DNA of 64,000 nt, from IMG/VR virus record IMGVR_UViG_3300044946_000078, positions 11,625 to 75,624 of that record; one strand, 5' to 3'. The stretch comes from a virus. This document shows positions 60,752 through 64,000 of this stretch, in pieces (position 1 is the stretch's first letter; every line of letters starts with the position of its first letter). The notes under the pieces were generated by a model. It made no database searches. It was not told where the DNA came from and worked only from the letters and a program-made list of their open reading frames with translations. A program made the translations under genes and the position numbers.

Positions 60752-61024
60752 ATGTGCAATTGTGTAAAAGAACTTCCCCCCAAAATAATAGATCAACTCC
60801 AAGATCGAGAGAAAGGAAAGGCTAAATTAGGTACTGGTCGATTATTGACAACTGGACTAACTTTTCCCAAAGGAAACAAAGAGTCTTGGTATCAAACTGG
60901 GCAACAACTGGAATACGAATATACACCAATTAAAAAGGATGGATCATTCGGCAAGCAGATAAATAAAACCATTCAATTAGTACACCATTTCTGTCCTTTC
61001 TGTGGAGAAAAGTATCCTGAATAA
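60752..61024 (+). CDS. small Zn-binding protein
   Basis: N-terminal MCNC and C-terminal FCPFCGEK. Confidence 0.6.
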   Translation: MCNCVKELPPKIIDQLQDREKGKAKLGTGRLLTTGLTFPKGNKESWYQTGQQLEYEYTPIKKDGSFGKQINKTIQLVHHFCPFCGEKYPE

Positions 61025-61039
61025 AGATCTTTGATATAA

Positions 61040-61656
61040 TTAGTGTTGATTAGTCATATAGATAAGGATTGGGCGCGTAACGGCGTACGTATATCTGGGG
61101 CGATTATTTCCGAGACGCCGGGATCAGGAAATACAAAGTAAGCTAACCAATTCATTCTAATCAACACTAATAACTATTTGTATTGAGGCGGTGGGACGTG
61201 CGCCACCTTAGACTTTGTAGCGTTCAGCCTCAATACATTTACTTTAATTGTGGGTGGCGAAAGCGATACGGTAATAATTGGGTTGGAGGAAACCAAGACG
61301 GCAAACGGACACACCTAGAATCCCAATTTGCTCACAAGGTTATTAATCCCTGAGTCTGCAAGAGTCGCCTTAGCGTCTCCCGATGACTCTCACGAAGCTG
61401 GGTAAAGGCTTCAACTTATTGGATGTGGATTTCCCGGAAAACAGTGGAAGTGTAAACGGGTCCTTCTTAGTAGCGTTAACCTTGGATAGGGCATGTCTTA
61501 TCTTAGGGAGCAAAAGGAAGTCAGGAATCGGGACGCCGAGCTTTCAGACCTGAGCGCCGGTCAAGTGTGCTACTGTGTGTAATCTTGGTCGAATGAAGCA
61601 TCAAATCCCTGGGTACTGGGTTATAGGCCCTCATGAAGGATGGGTAAAGTCCTTTA
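61040..61656 (+). ncRNA. putative structured non-coding RNA(s)
   Basis: no ORF of 60 aa or more; GC-richer than flanks; several long closing helices; abuts tRNA. Confidence 0.6.
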
Positions 61657-61659
61657 TTT

Positions 61660-61733
61660 ATAGAAGTAGTTCAGTCCGGTAGAATACGTGCTTTGGGAGC
61701 ATGAGGTCGTGGGTTCGAGTCCCACCTTCTATA
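61660..61733 (+). tRNA. tRNA-Pro(TGG)
   Basis: acceptor ATAGAAG/CTTCTAT, D-arm GTTC..GGTA..GAAT, anticodon arm CGTGC-TT TGG GA-GCATG, T-arm GTGGG-TTCGAGT-CCCAC; CCA not encoded. Confidence 0.9.
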
Positions 61734-61770
61734 CTGAATGTAAGCAATCGTTAGATTTTGGAACCAGATC

Positions 61771-61799
61771 GGGGATGGTTTCTACTATCCCCACTTTTT
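61771..61799 (+). terminator. intrinsic terminator after tRNA
   Basis: GGGGATGG-TTTCTA-CTATCCCC-ACTTTTT. Confidence 0.65.
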
Positions 61800-61811
61800 A
61801 AAAACTTAGTT

Positions 61812-62021
61812 ATGGAATTGACAGTAAATGAGCATTTGGTACTTCAATATATGAAAAGAGAGAATTTCTGGATCTCTCCCACAGAAATTGGGCAGATTGT
61901 GTTTGATAGACCATATTCTCAAGCATCATCTAGGGCGGCCCCTTACTTAAAGAAACTTGTTGATCTTGGCCTTATAGAGCGATCCAAAGGCAAATACAAA
62001 ATCATAGAAAAACCTAACTAG
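61812..62021 (+). CDS. small winged-helix protein
   Basis: start at MELTV; SPTEIG....YLKKLVDLGLIER..GKY. Confidence 0.6.
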   Translation: MELTVNEHLVLQYMKRENFWISPTEIGQIVFDRPYSQASSRAAPYLKKLVDLGLIERSKGKYKIIEKPN

Positions 62022-62024
62022 TAT

Positions 62025-62279
62025 ATGTCTACAGGTGAATGGATAAGTGTAAAAGACCGACTTCCCCCAATTAAGGATGAAAAGACTGGCGTATCAGGAA
62101 GGGTAATAGTCTTTCTTAAAGGAACGAATAGGGATAACATAGAAATGGCCCTCCTTTTTTATAATAGCTACGGAACACCAAACTTTTGGTCTTGTCATCA
62201 ATCGGGGATACAAACATTTGAATATGGTGTTTGCACACATTGGATGCCGATGCCATTACCTCCTAAACCAGAAAACTAA
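62025..62279 (+). CDS. DUF551 family protein
   Basis: EWISVKDRLP ... THWMPMPLPP. Confidence 0.8.
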   Translation: MSTGEWISVKDRLPPIKDEKTGVSGRVIVFLKGTNRDNIEMALLFYNSYGTPNFWSCHQSGIQTFEYGVCTHWMPMPLPPKPEN

Positions 62280-62922
62280 AATAATATGCGTGCCATATAC
62301 AACGCCGAAAGAAACATAATTGATATCTATACCGATGATCCTATGGATCTTTATAATCACGTACCCTGTAGCGAAGAATGTAGATCCATATGGAAAGATG
62401 GACAAGTGTTGGAAGAGGGGAAGGATTATAAAGTCGGATGCCCGGTTGATAAGACAAAAGCATATTGTCAATATCCAAAATGTACTTGCATCTTAATAGC
62501 CTATCCCATAAAGCAGGATAATACCAACGAAGACGATCTATGGAAGGATATTATCGTTTATTGTAACAAGGACTACTATGTCCCAATGTCCAGATCAACA
62601 CTTATCGAAGAACTAAAAAAGAAATACAATATAACTCGTAAATAATCACTTATTCAATAACAATTACCTATTATGTCAGAAATAAAAGAATTAAAAATTG
62701 GAGACCGCGTAAAGGTAATGCGCCAAATCGGTAAAGATGTTCACCCAACAGAAGAAATTGGAACTATAGAAAGGTTTAATAGTATAATTCATATTGGTGG
62801 CGAAAAAACCGCGATGGTTAAGTGCGATGATGAACATGAAGCATATGCATATCCACTTTCCAAAATCAATCTTCTTTAAAGCCATTACTTGGCAATATTA
62901 AATCACAATCTAAAATACAATT

Positions 62923-63285
62923 ATGGAATCAGGAACAAGGCCACTTTCTAAGGCCGAGATTATCGCTCCCATTTGCCACGAAGCGAATAAAGCCTACTGT
63001 GAATCTAATGGAGATTATAGTCAAAAACATTGGTCCGATGCAGAGGACTGGCAAAAAGAATCTGCTGTAAGGGGAGTTCAATATCGGCTGGACAATCCCG
63101 ACGCACCACCTTCCGCTCAACACGACTCATGGCTGAAAGAAAAAGTAGACAATGGGTGGGTGTTCGGATACGAAAAGGATGCTGAAAAGAAAACACATCC
63201 CTGCGTTCGGCCCTATGAAGAGCTTCCAGAATTTCAACGAAAGAAAGACCAGCTTTTTCAGTCCGTTATTGACGCTCTCAAATAA
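62923..63285 (+). CDS. RyR-repeat domain protein
   Basis: HDSWLKEKVDNGWVFGYEKDAEKKTHPCVRPYEELPEFQRKKD. Confidence 0.85.
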   Translation: MESGTRPLSKAEIIAPICHEANKAYCESNGDYSQKHWSDAEDWQKESAVRGVQYRLDNPDAPPSAQHDSWLKEKVDNGWVFGYEKDAEKKTHPCVRPYEELPEFQRKKDQLFQSVIDALK

Positions 63286-63383
63286 AATGTATATATTTAA
63301 CCTTATAAGGTTTTTCATAGGATAAAGGTTTAGTGGTTAATGGCTTTGATTAGTAACTCCTGGGTTGTTTAACTTGGGAGTTT

Positions 63384-63866
63384 TTATTGTTTAGATTTAG
63401 CTCTTTCTTGAGCAAATTTGGCTGTCCCTGGTTTGTCGTCCAATCCCAAGTAGTCCCTAAGAGATGTACGATTCCCTGATTCGCTATCTGTTACAACAAT
63501 ATCTCCCGGAGCCGAAATATCTTCAATGACCCCCTTTCGTTGTTTGCCTTTCAATAATTGGTCATATTTGTCCCCTAGAGCCTTATATTTTTCTTCCCAT
63601 TCGATTATTTTATTCTTTAATGATTGATTTTCAAGTTGAAGGGATATTAATTTTGCTTCTCGCTCAGGATCGTAGTTGACTACGGGGGATTGATCCAATG
63701 GCGGGATAACGCCGGTATATGACACTTGAGAAGCAAGATCTTTCGGTTCGGTTTGTTCTTGCGTCTTTTTTCGCCAGTTTTTTTGACGACAAGCAGATGA
63801 ACAGACTTCGGCATCTGCCCGTTTTGCCTCGAAAGGGGTGTTACAGATAACGCAGTTCTTAATCAT
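63384..63866 (-). CDS. Zn-ribbon plus coiled-coil protein
   Basis: CVICNTPF...R..A..CS.ACRQ..WR N-terminus; TATATTTG promoter-like box at 63905-63912 (- strand). Confidence 0.65.
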   Translation of the reverse strand: MIKNCVICNTPFEAKRADAEVCSSACRQKNWRKKTQEQTEPKDLASQVSYTGVIPPLDQSPVVNYDPEREAKLISLQLENQSLKNKIIEWEEKYKALGDKYDQLLKGKQRKGVIEDISAPGDIVVTDSESGNRTSLRDYLGLDDKPGTAKFAQERAKSKQ

Positions 63867-64000
63867 GGTTGTAGTTTTTATTTAGTTTAAAAATATCTTC
63901 TACACAAATATAACATCAACTATGTAGAACTTATTTATAAATGTTACATTTACCCCCCCCCCTCCCCCCTCTATCATCTAACCTCCAAATAAATCCACCA

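Noticed and set aside
61040-61656. tmRNA, RNase P RNA or hammerhead ribozyme identity for the non-coding block
   Set aside because: No tmRNA-type acceptor ends, no GAGGAAAGUCC, and no intact CUGAUGA/GAAA core were seen, so it is left unassigned.
61734-61770. Theta (HDV-like) ribozyme after the tRNA
   Set aside because: I could not build the nested double pseudoknot, and the downstream hairpin fits a terminator.
1-64000. Stop-codon reassignment as in some crAss-like phages
   Set aside because: Long genes are intact under the standard code, TAG and TGA are used as real stops, and no suppressor tRNA was seen.
1-64000. Prophage boundaries, integrase or host genes
   Set aside because: No recombinase motif, att-like duplication or housekeeping gene was recognised, so lifestyle cannot be determined from this window.

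Overview
This window is phage DNA throughout: AT-rich, densely coding, standard genetic code. The host is most likely Bacteroidota, based on several TTTG-N19/20-TAnnTTTG promoters and no obvious Shine-Dalgarno sites. Layout: (i) 1-8.7 kb, small + strand early-type genes. (ii) 8.8-48.8 kb, a long - strand late region. In transcription order it holds a glycosyl/methyltransferase cluster, terminase, portal, scaffold, major capsid, neck-ring proteins with GroES, tail nozzle, GNAT, ejected/cargo proteins, an Ig protein, a 1933-aa tail spike with two SGNH domains, patatin and a lysis cassette. This is a podovirus-type, crAss-related gene order. (iii) 49.2-56.6 kb, small - strand genes including replication and nuclease candidates. 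(iv) 56.6-63.3 kb, a + strand operon. The standout element is in (iv): a diversity-generating retroelement (RT 57879-58946, template repeat 57697-57768) with THREE variable repeats in three small paralogous genes outside the virion module. 34 of the 35 TR/VR mismatches fall on TR adenines. The TR is clasped by an inverted repeat, and no Avd gene is recognisable. Other notable items are a circularly permuted histidine-phosphatase domain inside the 1915-aa ejection protein, a ~620-nt structured non-coding block before tRNA-Pro, and a kissing-loop element upstream of the nuclease/replication genes. I did not recognise a DNA polymerase, helicase, integrase or virion RNA polymerase in the window. 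All family assignments come from motif recognition by eye, not database searches.
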